Assembly (NCBI GenBank): GCA_965112735.1
Contig: OZ218964.1
Location: forward strand, 1,240,001-1,304,000
Direction of reading: 5' to 3'
DNA length: 64,000 bases
DNA from: Phaeosaccion multiseriatum
Taxonomy: Eukaryota > Protista > Ochrophyta, other classes
Part shown: positions 1 to 11,174 of the stretch, piece by piece
Numbering within the stretch: position 1 is the first letter of the stretch
Layout of the letters: every line of letters begins with the position of its first letter
Program-made: the position numbers and the translations under genes
Notes under the pieces: model-generated
The model's database searches: none
What the model saw: the letters and a program-made list of their open reading frames with translations, nothing else
What the model was told of the DNA's origin: nothing

Positions 1-57
1 ATCACCATCATCATCATCATCATCATCACCATCATCATCATCACCATCACCATCATC

Positions 58-115
<58 letters not shown>

Positions 116-133
116 CCATCATCACCATCATCA
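1..133. repeat. (CAT/CAC)n microsatellite inside a RecQ intron
   Basis: ATC/ACC trinucleotide tract running up to the donor at 140-141 (minus strand). Confidence 0.95.
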
Positions 134-141
134 CTCTCTAC

Positions 142-1759
142 CTGCACGTCCCGGGGTCTTGTGCGTAACTCATCATCTTGCGAAGACAAGCCACCCCGTT
201 CTTACTCTCGTGGGACTGACCCGCGAGGGCAGAAGCGTCGCCAGCCTGTGCATGTGTGTGGGGGTGTGGTGCACACGTCGTTCGGAGGAGAGAAGAACGG
301 GCAGTTGGTGGTACAGCAGTACACGTTGGTGGTACAGCAGCAGTGAGGAGGTGAGCAGCAGAAACCTATGACTCAAGACTCCCTCATACATACTTCACAC
401 CCATCTGTCTCTCTGTCTCTCTTTCTCTCTCTCTTCCTCTTCTTCATCTCTCTCCCTCTCTCTCTCTCCCTGTCTCTCTCAATCTCTCTCTCTCTCCCTC
501 TCTCTCTCTCCCTCTCTCTCTCTCTCCCTCTTTCTCTCATTCGCTCCCTCACCCGATAGAAGAGCACGCAATCGGCCTTCTTCCCGTCCCTGCCTGCCCT
601 GCCGCTCTCCTCTGATGGGGGACATGGAACGAGGGTGAATATACCAACACAAGAAACAGACATATTGAAGAGGAAGGGAAGGGAAGGGAAGGGAAGGGAA
701 GGGAAGGGAGAGGCAAGAGGAGGAAGAGAGGAAGAATATTGTAGAGTACAAGGTCAGCACAAGTTCCCTCTCTCGTCTCTCATCTCTCACCTCGTCACTA
801 CCTCACTGCCTCACTGCCCCACTACCTCATTGCCTCACTACCTCACTACCTCACTACCTCACTACAATACGACCTCACTAACTCACTATCTCACTGCCTC
901 ACTACCTCGCGGCCTCACTACCTCACTACCTTCCCTTCTCACTCACGATAGTAGCCCTCCACGCTCTTGCTCAACGAATAGTGCACCACGTAGCGCACGT
1001 CGAGCTTGTTGATGCCCATCCTGTACATTCACAGTCACAGTTGGCACAGTCACAGTTGGCACAGTCACAGAGTCAGCTTCTTGTTGCCCGTCCTCAGGCC
1101 CTGTGCATTCGCAGTCACAGTTGGCAAAGGCACAATCAACGTCCACACGCTTCCTTGCTACGCCCCTTCGCCACCTTGCCCCCTGCCCCCCTCACCCTTC
1201 CCAAGCTAAGCTCACCACCCCCTTGCAAGACAAAAGAGCTGTCTAGCCAGAGCATAGGCAGGCAGGGTATGGGGCAAGTGTAGGGTATGGGGCAAGTATA
1301 GGGTATAGAAAGGGCCGAGGAGGCATAGGGTATGTATGTAACACATACCCGAAGGCAATGGTTGCCACGCACACTTGGATCAGGCAGGGTATGGGGCAAG
1401 TATAGGGTATGGGGCAAGTATAGGGTATAGAAAGGGCCGGCGAGGCATAGGGTATGTATGTGACACGTACCCGAAGGCAATGGTTGCCACGCACACTTGG
1501 ATCAAATCCCTCTGCCACGCCCTCTGCACGCGTGCCCTCCCTTGGTCGTCTGAAGAAGAATTGTGAACATAAAAAGTTAGTGATTGACGAAGCTCCTTGT
1601 GAATACCTTCTCTCCCAGGCCGGCGGGATGGCACCAGTAGCACCCCGCCCCTCTCTCCTTCCTTCTCTCCCTCTCTCCATCTCCTTCCCTGCCCACCTGC
1701 TTGCCTGCCTGCCTGCTTGCCTGCCCGCCTGCTTGCCTGCTTGCCTGCCTGCCTGCTTG

Positions 1760-1823
<64 letters not shown>

Positions 1824-1863
1824 CATGCCTGCCTGCCTGCCTGCCTGCCTGCTTGCCTGCTTG

Positions 1864-1895
<32 letters not shown>

Positions 1896-4530
1896 CCCTC
1901 TCAGTGGCACCCCCCGGATCTCAACTCAACTCACCCATGCCGGCATGATAACAGCCCGCTCGGATGCCCTTGTCAATGAGGTACTGAGCCACCTCCTCAC
2001 AGTCCTATGTGGGCCAGCACCAAGCAGAGAGGGAGGATGGCAGTGGAAGGTGTGGAAGGGCCGGGGGGGTCAGGGGAGCGGGGTCGTTAGTGTTGTCCTT
2101 CCCACCCCAGCCACCCCGAGAGGGGAGGGGGGGCAGCAAAAGGACCGCCTGGGCTCGGACGCCAGCTACAGAAACCCCTCTTGATGGAAGGGGGGCAGCA
2201 GAAGGACCGCCTAGGCTCGGACGCCAGCTACAGAAACCCCTCTTGTTCACCTTGCGAGAGAAGACGTAGACAATGCCCGTGCTCTGAGCGTGCCCACTGC
2301 CATTGATGTATTCATGCACGGCCAAGAGTGCATCGGCTTTGGTGGACGGTTTCGACCGGACTGCGTAGTGCAGGTTGGGGCGGTTGAAGCAAGAGCGGAA
2401 CACTTCGGGCTGCGGGGTGTTGAGGATGCCGGTTACGTCCTTCATTATTGCCTGGGGGAGGTAGGTAGGTTGGAAGGAACGAAGGAAGGAAGGAAGGAAC
2501 GAAGGAAGCAACGAAGGAAGGGAAGGAAGGAGAGGAAAGAAGTAAGGAAGGAAGAAGAGGAAGAAAATTCCCCCTATAGGGACCTGAGGATCTTTACATA
2601 CTTAACCTTAGGATCTTGACATACATAACCTTAGGATCTTCCCGTAATGCCAAGGTCTCGCACGCACCCACCCACCCACAGGACTCCTCCTTTCCCTCCC
2701 TCGCGAACAAGTCAAGAAACAAGTCCCTGGCTGCCCCTCCCCCTCACACACCTCCCTCCTCCGTTGCCCCCTCCTCCCCTCAACCACCCACCCGCTGGCC
2801 ATTCTTTCCTCCCTCCCGCTCTAACGCTCTCACTGTTGTTGCTTTTGTGTTGTTTGCTTGCTTGCTTGCTTGTGTGCGTGTGGCTGCCGACGGCACTCTC
2901 ACTTACTTGCGTGCAAGTCGCAGTTACGGCCAACAGGGGCACGTCTGGATACTGCCGCTTCAGCTTGCCGAGCTTACTGAAAGATGGTGGAGGAGGGGTT
3001 GCCAGTGGAGGGGGATGGCAGGGGAGGGGGATGGCAGTGGAGGGGGATGGCAGTGGAGGGGGATGGCAGTGGAGGGGGATGGCAGTGGAGGGGGGGGGGG
3101 GGGGGTGGTAACGAGTAAGGTGGCAGTGGATGTCACGAGGGGGGAGGAGGGCATCGCGAGTGAACGGGTGGGCGGTGGGGCCCGTGCCGTCGATCTATGA
3201 ATGCCCCACGGAACGGATTCTTCTCACATCCCATGGGCGATTCACTTCACTCGTAATTTCAATATCCTCCGTCAGCTGCCATCCCCCGCATAATGAAACA
3301 TTGACTTGAGACCTTGCCTCACTCACTCACCTCACTCACTCACTCACTCACTCATTCACTCACTTACTCACTTACTCACTCACTCACTCACTCACTCACT
3401 CACCCGCCCACCCACCTCACTCACCCACTCACTCACCCACTCACTCACTCGCTCACTCACTCCATCCTTCCCTCCCTCACTCACTCCCTCCTTCCCTCCC
3501 TCCCTCCCTCCCTCCTTCCCTCCCTCACTCACTCCCTCCTTCCCTCCCTCCCTCCCTCCATCCATCCTTCCCTCCCTCACTCCCTCCCTCCCTCCCTCAC
3601 TCACTCCCTCCTTCCCTCCCTCACTGCCTCCCTCCTTCTCTCCCTCCCTCTCTCCCTCCCTCTCTCCCTCCATCCCTCCTTCCGTCCCTCCTTCCCTCCC
3701 TCCTTCCCTCCCTCCTTCCCGCCCTCCCTCCTTCCCTCCCTACTTCCCTCCCTCCCTCCCTCCCTCCCTCCTTCCCTCCCCATATGCCTCTCACCTGTAG
3801 TCCATGCGAAAGTCAAAGCCCCACTGACGTGAGCACGAGCGTCGATGGGAGGGTGGGGGGGTGGGGGGGGGGGGGGCGTACACACGGGATGGAGTGACGC
3901 AGTGGAAGAGCAAATGAAGCAACAGCAGAGGCAGAAGGGTGAGGTACGAGGGGTGTAGGACGAAAGCACGAAAGCACATGTGAGGGGTGAGCACGGAAGG
4001 CTTTCTTTCGACCGATCTTGAGCCTCTCTCTCTCTTCCTCCCTCTCTCTTTCCCTCCCCTCTCTCTCTCTCTCTCTCTGCCTTGCCTTTGCTCTTGCCCA
4101 TCAGAAAGATTCCAAACAATTTTGGCGGTACAAAATTTTACTACATACCAACCCACTTCCCAACCCACCTACATACCAACCCACCTACATACCAACCCAC
4201 CTACATACCAACCCACCTACACACCAACCCACCTACGTACATACCAACCCACCTTCCCACCCACCCACCCTCTGTCCTGACACCCCTCCCCACCTGGCTG
4301 CAGCAGTGTGCTTCGTCCACTACGAGCCTTGCCAGGCGGTCTTCCCTGTACACTGCATCGAGCGTCGCCATGAATTGCTTCGACTTCTCCACCTGTGTGC
4401 CATTACGCAGATTCACTTTTAGTTTCAGTTTGTATGCCGAAAACGGGTGTGTATGTGTGTGTGTGTGTGTGTGTCTGTCTGTCCGCCGCCGGGCGGCGGG
4501 CCGTGTGGTCGGTTGCCTTCCTCCAAGCAG

Positions 4531-4568
<38 letters not shown>

Positions 4569-6094
4569 ACCCCACACTTCCCCATACCTTCTCCGGAGTA
4601 ACGAAGACCATAACAAGGTCACCCTTCGTCGTCTGCTGCTGTCCATCACCACCGCCGCCGCCGCCGCCCCGCCCGCTGCTGCTGCTGCTGCTGCTGCTGG
4701 CCCCTCCCCGCCCGGCCTTGCCCACTGTTCCCTTCATACGGTGATAGATATCACTGGTCTCACTTCGGTCCATGCCCGCCGAGAGCATGGCAGCGCAGCC
4801 AGGGCGAAGCGTGTTCATAAACTCCACCTGAATGGTTCGGAAAGGAGTTAAAGTAGGGCACAAATACGTGCATACGTATCGTTACGTAATAAATACATAT
4901 CGTGACGTAACATCAGGGGCTGGACAAAGGGGGGAGGGCGATAGTAGACATGGAATGGAAAGGAGTATGTGCACATCGCATGCCAAGGCGGTGTGGACAG
5001 GTGGAAGAGCGAAGGCAGCCAAAGGCGCTGGTCGGGACAAGGAACAAGGCCGCCGAAGTAAGAATACTCGATATGTTCCACCCCTTGCTTGATAGTCACT
5101 CGCTCACTCCCTCCCTCCCTCCCTCACTTGCAGTCACCTCAATCATTCACTCCCTCACTTTCAGTCCCCTCAATCATTCACTCCCTCACTTGCAGTCACC
5201 TCAATCATTCACTCACTCACTGACTCAAATCCTTCGATCAATAGTCTCTCCCTCCCTCCATCCATCCATCCATCCATCCATCCATCCATCCATCCATCCA
5301 TCCATCCATCCATCCATCCATCCATCCCTCCCTCCCCCCCTCCCACTCTCCCCTCTACCTTCACCTGATCGAACATGAGCGACACAAGCGGAGACACAAC
5401 GACTGTGAGCCCTCCTTGCAGAAGCGCCGGCAGCTGATAGCACAGACTCTTTCCCCCGCCTGTCCGCATCACGACGAAGCAGTCCCTCCCCGCAAGAGTG
5501 GCGTTGACGATGCCCCTCTGGTTTACGCGCCATCCACTGGGGATACTGAAGGCGCTCTTGAGTAACTCATCGGCCTCCTGACTCCACGGAAAGTCGCCCG
5601 TCTCCCACCTCGGGTATAGAGTACACACATACCCAAACAGACAGAAGGACGAACGTAAGCATGAGACGAGTGAGAAGGTGAAAGTGAGTGGAGAGGGGCA
5701 TCCACCCAGCCAGCCAGTTAGTGTTATGTATTTGCACTCACGATCCCCGCTCTGCCGCAGCTGCATTGGCCTTCTCCTGCCTAGCGCTGCGTGAGTCTTC
5801 CTCCAGCTTCAGAGTGGCCAGGAGCCCCGCCTTGCGCCGACTGAGGTCGACCTCTTGTTGTTGCATGAGGCGTAGCTGCCAGATGGAGATCAGATATAGA
5901 GGGGGGTGCATTCAGATAAGGAGAGGCGGGAAAGGGGAGGGGTTGGAAAAACACTTTTTCCCAACCTTTTCTTTGATCTGTCGCAGCTCCCTCTGAACAC
6001 TCTCCAGCTCAGCAGCAGTGTCTCCCCCCTTTTGGCTGTCATGGGCGCCCTGTTCATTCCCGCCAAAGCCCTGCCAAGTCCTTTTTCTCCTCAT
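142..6094 (-). CDS. RECQL: RecQ family ATP-dependent DNA helicase, RECQ1-like; multi-exon, 3' end beyond window start
   Basis: Approximate exons: 6094-5966 ([15 protein letters not shown] coil), 5876-5742, 5609-5365 (FPWS...[15 protein letters not shown], motif I), 4828-4589 (FVTPEK), 4393-4294 ([10 protein letters not shown]), 3823-3795 (WGFDFRMDY), 2976-2907 (AVTATC), 2451-2251 (FNRPNL; GIVYVFSRK), 2005-1936 (YHAGM), 1549-1471 (VATIAFG), 1020-945 ([24 protein letters not shown]), 611-553 ([10 protein letters not shown]), 245-142. GT-AG junctions. Confidence 0.93.
1259..1502. repeat. ~122-bp tandem duplication containing a RecQ exon end and its splice donor
   Basis: CCCGAAGGCAATGGTTGCCACGCACACTTGGATC occurs at ~1347-1381 and ~1470-1503, each followed on the minus strand by a GT donor. 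Confidence 0.9.
1690..1897. repeat. (CCTG)n microsatellite, intronic
   Basis: Direct tetranucleotide tract. Confidence 0.95.
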
Positions 6095-6321
6095 CTCAGA
6101 TGTTTAATCTTTCCTACACCCCTGTCTTACTCTCGGGTCAGAATCTCTCCACACAGCTGAAAGGGATCATACCCCCAGGGAAGGAGAAGCACTGCTCTGA
6201 TAAAGGGGCGCAAATATGATACATATAATACACCCCCGCCGCCGGGGGAGAATTATATATTGTGTGCAGGTTGGTCGTCCGTCCTCACAAGTGGCGATTG
6301 TGCCACTGTTCCTCAATGTCC

Positions 6322-6659
6322 ACCGTTCTTGCCCTCATAAAGAAGGGGAAGCCGGTGTTCTGCACGATCCCGCTGCCAAGGCCTTCGCTCTTCATCAGGG
6401 CGACGAGTGCCTTCTGCACAGCGTCGTGTTGGGGTGTGCCGAGCCCCGTCTTCGTGCAGGTGACGATGTGCCCCTCCGTCAGTGCCCTGGGCAAGGCGCT
6501 GACGGAGGGGCATATCGTCACCTGCACGAAGACGGGGCTCGGCACACCCCAACACGACGCTGTGCAGAAGGCACTCGTCGCCCTGATGAAGAGCGAAGGC
6601 CTTGGCAGCGGGATCGTGCAGAACACCGGCTTCCCCTTCTTTAAGAGGGCAAGAATGGT
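6322..6659. repeat. ~338-bp near-perfect palindrome (fold-back) at the 5' truncation point of the retroelement
   Basis: 6322-6489 is the reverse complement of 6492-6659 with about five mismatches. The same peptide (EGHIVTCTKTGLGTPQHDAVQKAL...) reads on both strands. Confidence 0.95.
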
Positions 6660-8268
6660 CACCCCGCGACGAGGGAGAGGGGGGAGCAACGACGTGAGGG
6701 GTGACGCCCACGTGGCCAAGCAAATGGAGATGGACATCGTGACCCCCCCCAGGATGTTTGAGCTTCCATCCGACCACGAATATGGGGACGGCCACAAGTC
6801 CCTGATGATCGACATCACGCTCACTGATGCCACCAACATCACCAATAGGGCCAAGGCCTCGAAGGAGGCACTCGCGACAGCCAAGAAGGCTGAAGCAATC
6901 AAGCGCACCAAGTATGGGGTGCCACAAGCCGGCATGGAAGGCCAGGGTGGAGATATCCACTATGACCCCGCGAGGTACCACCTCGTCCCTTTCGGTATGG
7001 AACAACATCGCGCATTTGGTCCGTCTGCCCAGGTGTTTATTAAAACACTCGCCACCCACATGGCTGGGGGGTACGAACATCTGGACATGAGGGTCGGCTC
7101 CAGACTGGCCTAGAAGCCTAGGCCTAGAGACGAAATTCGGCCGGCCTAGGGGGGCCGCAGGCCCCCGGCCTAGGCCTAGAGGGGGCCGCAGGTCCCCGGC
7201 CTAGGCCTATTTTGGGCGCAGCCCTCCCGGCCTAGGACCTGGACAAGATTACGGTGTGCGCCGGCCGTAACCGGTAATCAGCCCCCGGCCGGCGCAAAAT
7301 CAGTAATCAGGCCGGCTGGTCACCGGCTGTAAGCAACCAGACCGGCTGGCGCCGGTCATAATCAGTAATCAGGCCGGCTGCTCCCTCCCTCCCTCCCTCC
7401 CTCCCTCCCTCTCTCCCTTCTTCCCTCCCTCCTTCCCTCCCTCCCTCCCTCCCTCCCTCCCTCCCTCCCTCCCTCCCTCCTTCCCTCCCTCCCTCCCTCC
7501 CTCCCTCGCTCCCTCTCTCCCTCCCTCCCTCCCTCTCTCTCTCCCTCCCTCCCTCCCTCCCTCCCTCCCTCCCTCCCTCCCTCCCTCCCTCCCTCCCTCC
7601 CTCCGTCCCTCCCTCCCTCCCTCCGTCCCTCCCTCCCTCCCTCCCTCCCTCCCTCCCTCCTTCCCTCCCTCCCTCCCTCCCTCCTTCCCTCCCTCCCTCC
7701 TTCCCTCCCTCCCTCTCTCCCTCCCTCCCTCGCTCTCTCCCTCCCTCCCTCCCTCCCTCCCTCCCTCCCTCCCTCCCTCCCTCCCTTCGACCCTGGACAA
7801 GATTACGGTGTGCGCCGGCCGTAATCAGTAATCAGCCCCCGGCTGGCGCATAATCAGTACTCAGGCCGGCTGGCGCCGGTCATAATCAGTAATCAGGCCG
7901 GCTGCGCCGGCGGTAATTACTAATCAGATAGGTCGAGGCCTAGGCCTAGAACCGCCGGCCTAGGCCTAGAGCGGGCGTAGGCCGCTCGGCCTAGGGCCTA
8001 GAGCATAGGCTTCTAAGCCAGTCTGGAGCCGATGAGGGCTTATGCGAGGGCTGTTTGCGTCATTCGGCGGCGCTTGGCCGTTGCGCTCCAGCGGGCCCGA
8101 CACGAAAGGTCGAGGTCGAGTCGATTCGACATTGGATCCTGGCTGGCATCAACTTTATGCCGATGGGGAGAACTGACGCATCGGAGGGATACGACCTCGG
8201 GGGCTAAGTTCCCCGGGGCGGGTGAGACATTACTTTTAGACAATCATAGATGGCACTTAAGGGTGTAA
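6490..8268 (+). mobile_element. 5'-truncated non-LTR retrotransposon remnant with restriction-like endonuclease (RLE; CRE-like C-terminus), interrupted by a MITE
   Basis: End of zinc knuckle plus RHD-like motif (HIVTC...QHD), MDIV, LMIDITL, KKAEAIKRTKY, LVPFGMEQHRAFGPSA. After removing 7094-8038 the frame continues LDMRAYARAVCVIRRRLAVALQRAR to a stop at 8268, followed by an AT-rich tail. Confidence 0.8.
7094..8032. mobile_element. 939-bp non-autonomous TIR element (MITE) with 6-bp TSD TGAGGG
   Basis: 27-bp TIR TCGGCTCCAGACTGGC(C/T)TAGAAGCCTA at both ends. TGAGGG at 7088-7093 and 8033-8038. Subterminal GGCCTAG repeats, internal GTAATCAGGCCGGC repeats and a (CCCT)n core. Excision restores the retroelement ORF. 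Confidence 0.92.
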
Positions 8269-8335
8269 TATAATATATAATATATATAATAATATATATA
8301 TATATATATATCTGTTCCTCAGTTACTCGAGGTGA

Positions 8336-8645
8336 ATTTTTGGCATCTTTGGTAATTGGAATCCCGTCCCCGTCATTCTCCACCACAATCTCTCCGGAAT
8401 GTTCTTCACTTCGTTGACATTGTCACTCTTCAATTGCATCATTCTATTGACTAAGATTTCATCGACGATTTTAAAATACCCGGGCGGAATCATGATCGTT
8501 TTTTCAATCATGGAATCCTTTTCGTCGTTGTAAATCCAAGCATTCCAAGTAAAAAAAATCGGGCACCTGGGCGATGAAGAATATGCTCTTCCGGCGTCAT
8601 TTGCTGGAAGGTAATTTCATCTTTTGGTGGATCGTTGGGAGCCAT
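8336..8645 (-). pseudogene. Decayed N-terminal fragment of a type IIA DNA topoisomerase (ATPase domain)
   Basis: Three frames give MAPNDPPKDEITFQQMTPEEHILHRP / WIYNDEKDSMIEKTIMIPPGYFKIVDEILVN / GEIVVENDGDGIPITK. These match the Topo II motifs EHILxRP, PGLxKIFDEILVN and NxGxGIP in order. Two frameshifts, internal deletions, no introns, AT-rich. Confidence 0.8.
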
Positions 8646-9442
8646 TGCGTTTTCTTTTTTTTTCTTCTTTGTAAGCTTCTTTAAAATATATATTAAGTTT
8701 TGAAGGGAATGTGTGTGTGTAGAGGAATATATGTGTCAAGATGTTATGTTGATTGTGTTTCATGTTTCTCGACCTTCTCCTGTTCCATTTACCATCCATA
8801 AAAAAAAAATCGCTTCATTTTGAACCAAAGTGCGAATACTTTCCAGATGAAAGTTTGAACACGAATACGAAAATGGGGAGCGTTTTTTCAGGTTTTTTTC
8901 ATTGGTTTTTTTCGAGAATGGATGAATTTCATGAAATTGAAATGCACCTCACCCAGTGCACCCCAAACTCCATGAGAGATCTCACTGGGAGCATTCCATG
9001 ACTCTCTTTGTATCCCAATCAAACGAGGAGGTAAACAGGATTCATGGAATACTCACGGTAAGAACTTTCATGGAGTTTGGAATGATTTCCTGGATCGTAA
9101 CTGCGGTGCTCCCCTCCCCGATACCGGGGAGGGGGAGTAACCGGCCCCTCGAGCCCCAGACACAGAGATACATGCACACGCACACACACAACATTCACAG
9201 TTTCTTGGGTGATTCCTATCAAGTCAATTCTTTCAGTTTCCTCCAACAACACAGTCTCTCTATTAGGTAAGTACAAAACAATAGCGGCAGAGCAAGAAAG
9301 AAAGGTGCACATCGCACAACAAGGAATGTACTACACACTCCAAACTACCCCCTCCTTCCTCCCTCTTCCTTCTTTAGCCTCGACACTAAAGATCACTCAC
9401 AGATCACTCACAGACTGCAAGACTCAAAAACAACAGAAGGGA

Positions 9443-10102
9443 TCATCGAGACTTGCTGCGGGTCACCGCAGTCAGCAGCACCACCGCAACCCCCGCTGCT
9501 GCCACAGCCACAGCCGACCACAGCGCCGTGGTGCCCTTGCTGCTGCTGCCGCTGCTGCTGCTGACGCTCTCCTGTCCATTGCTCGCGACCCCTCCCTCGG
9601 CCTGGTCTGCCTGGTCTGCGTGGCTCTCGGTCACTCCCGTCGACCTGGCGGACTGCAGCACGGTGGCCCCTGCCGAGGCGGTGGAGACGAAGCAAGAGCA
9701 CTCGAGGCCGGAGATGGTGGGGTAGTCTCGTTGGAAGGTCTCCATGAGCTCGTCTGCCGCCGACGCCTTTACTAGCGACACAGTACATCCTCCTGTCAGA
9801 GCCGATAGGACGAGCGAGGGGAGAGGAGTGCGTGGGAGGGAGAGGTAAGGAGAGAGAGAGGGAGAGGAAGGAGAGGATGCCACACCCACACCCTGCACTC
9901 AAGCCCTACACACATATTCGCGCGCACACACACACGCACACACACACAACACACAACACACACACACACACACACAACACACAACACACAACACACACAC
10001 ACACAACACACACACACACACAACACACAACACACAACACACACACACAACACACAAACACACAAACACACACACACACACACACAACACACACACATAC
10101 AC

Positions 10103-10133
<31 letters not shown>

Positions 10134-11126
10134 ACACACAACACACAACACACAACACAAAACACACACACAGTCGACATCCACCAGCACTCACCGAAGC
10201 CGCCTCCGGTCATCCTGCTCCCGTACACGCCCGGCACGCCCATAGCGATATCCACGAGCAGGTCCAGCTCCTTGCAGCTCACCTTGGGGGTTGAAAGGGG
10301 CAGAGTGAGGGTCGGGGAACGGGTTTGACATCAACGAGCAGGTCCAGGGGGTTAGACATCAACGAGCAGAGTTAGGGCTATCAAAAGAGAGAGGGTTAGG
10401 GTTAGATATCAACGAGCAGATTCAGTGTTAGATATCAACGAGCAGAGTTAGGGCTATAAAAAAGAGAGAGGGTTAGGGTTAGATATCAACGAGCAGATTC
10501 AGTGTTAGATATCAACGAGCAGAGTTAGGGCTATAAAAAAGAGAGAGGGTTAGGGTTAGATATCAACGAGCAGGTTCAGTGTTAGATATCAATGAGAGGA
10601 TTCAACTCCTTAGGGGATAACCAAAGGGTCAGGGTGTGACAGTTCGACTTGACAACGAGCAGCGTCTTATAATGGGCTGGGGACTGATTAGATGCCAACG
10701 AGCAGCACGTGTCTTTGAAGCTCTTCTCTTGCAGCCCCTTGGAGCCTACCCTACGCACCTCAAAGTCGTCTCGCAGAGAGTTGTGTGACTCGGCCATGAG
10801 GCGCCCCACGAGGTGGTAGTCCGCCGCACTAAAAGCGTCGCCAGCCTGTACGGCGCGCTCGTTCTCAGTCACCACATGCCTCGCTCTCCGGTACACGCGG
10901 TCGCTCTCGGCGGCTGCTGCTACTGCTGCTTCATCCGTATCACCAACGGCTCCGGCAGCGGGCGGGGCGAGAATGGCCTCCACCCAGTCTGCCGTGGCGT
11001 CTCTGAGCTGCTGCACCTCGGGATGTTCCTTGGCGATCATGTCGACGGCTGCGGCACACTCCTTGACGCGCTGGCCGTAGGCACTGTCTGCCAGGGAGTG
11101 CTGTGTATGTATGTATGTATGTGTGT

Positions 11127-11174
<48 letters not shown>

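Noticed and set aside
7087-8039. 8-bp TSD (ATGAGGGT/ATGAGGGC), hAT interpretation of the MITE
   Set aside because: It needs a mismatch. The 6-bp TSD is perfect, extends the TIR by one base and agrees with the copy at 25396.
9109-9153. Canonical Helitron 3' end
   Set aside because: A hairpin is present but there is no CTRR terminus at the expected distance.
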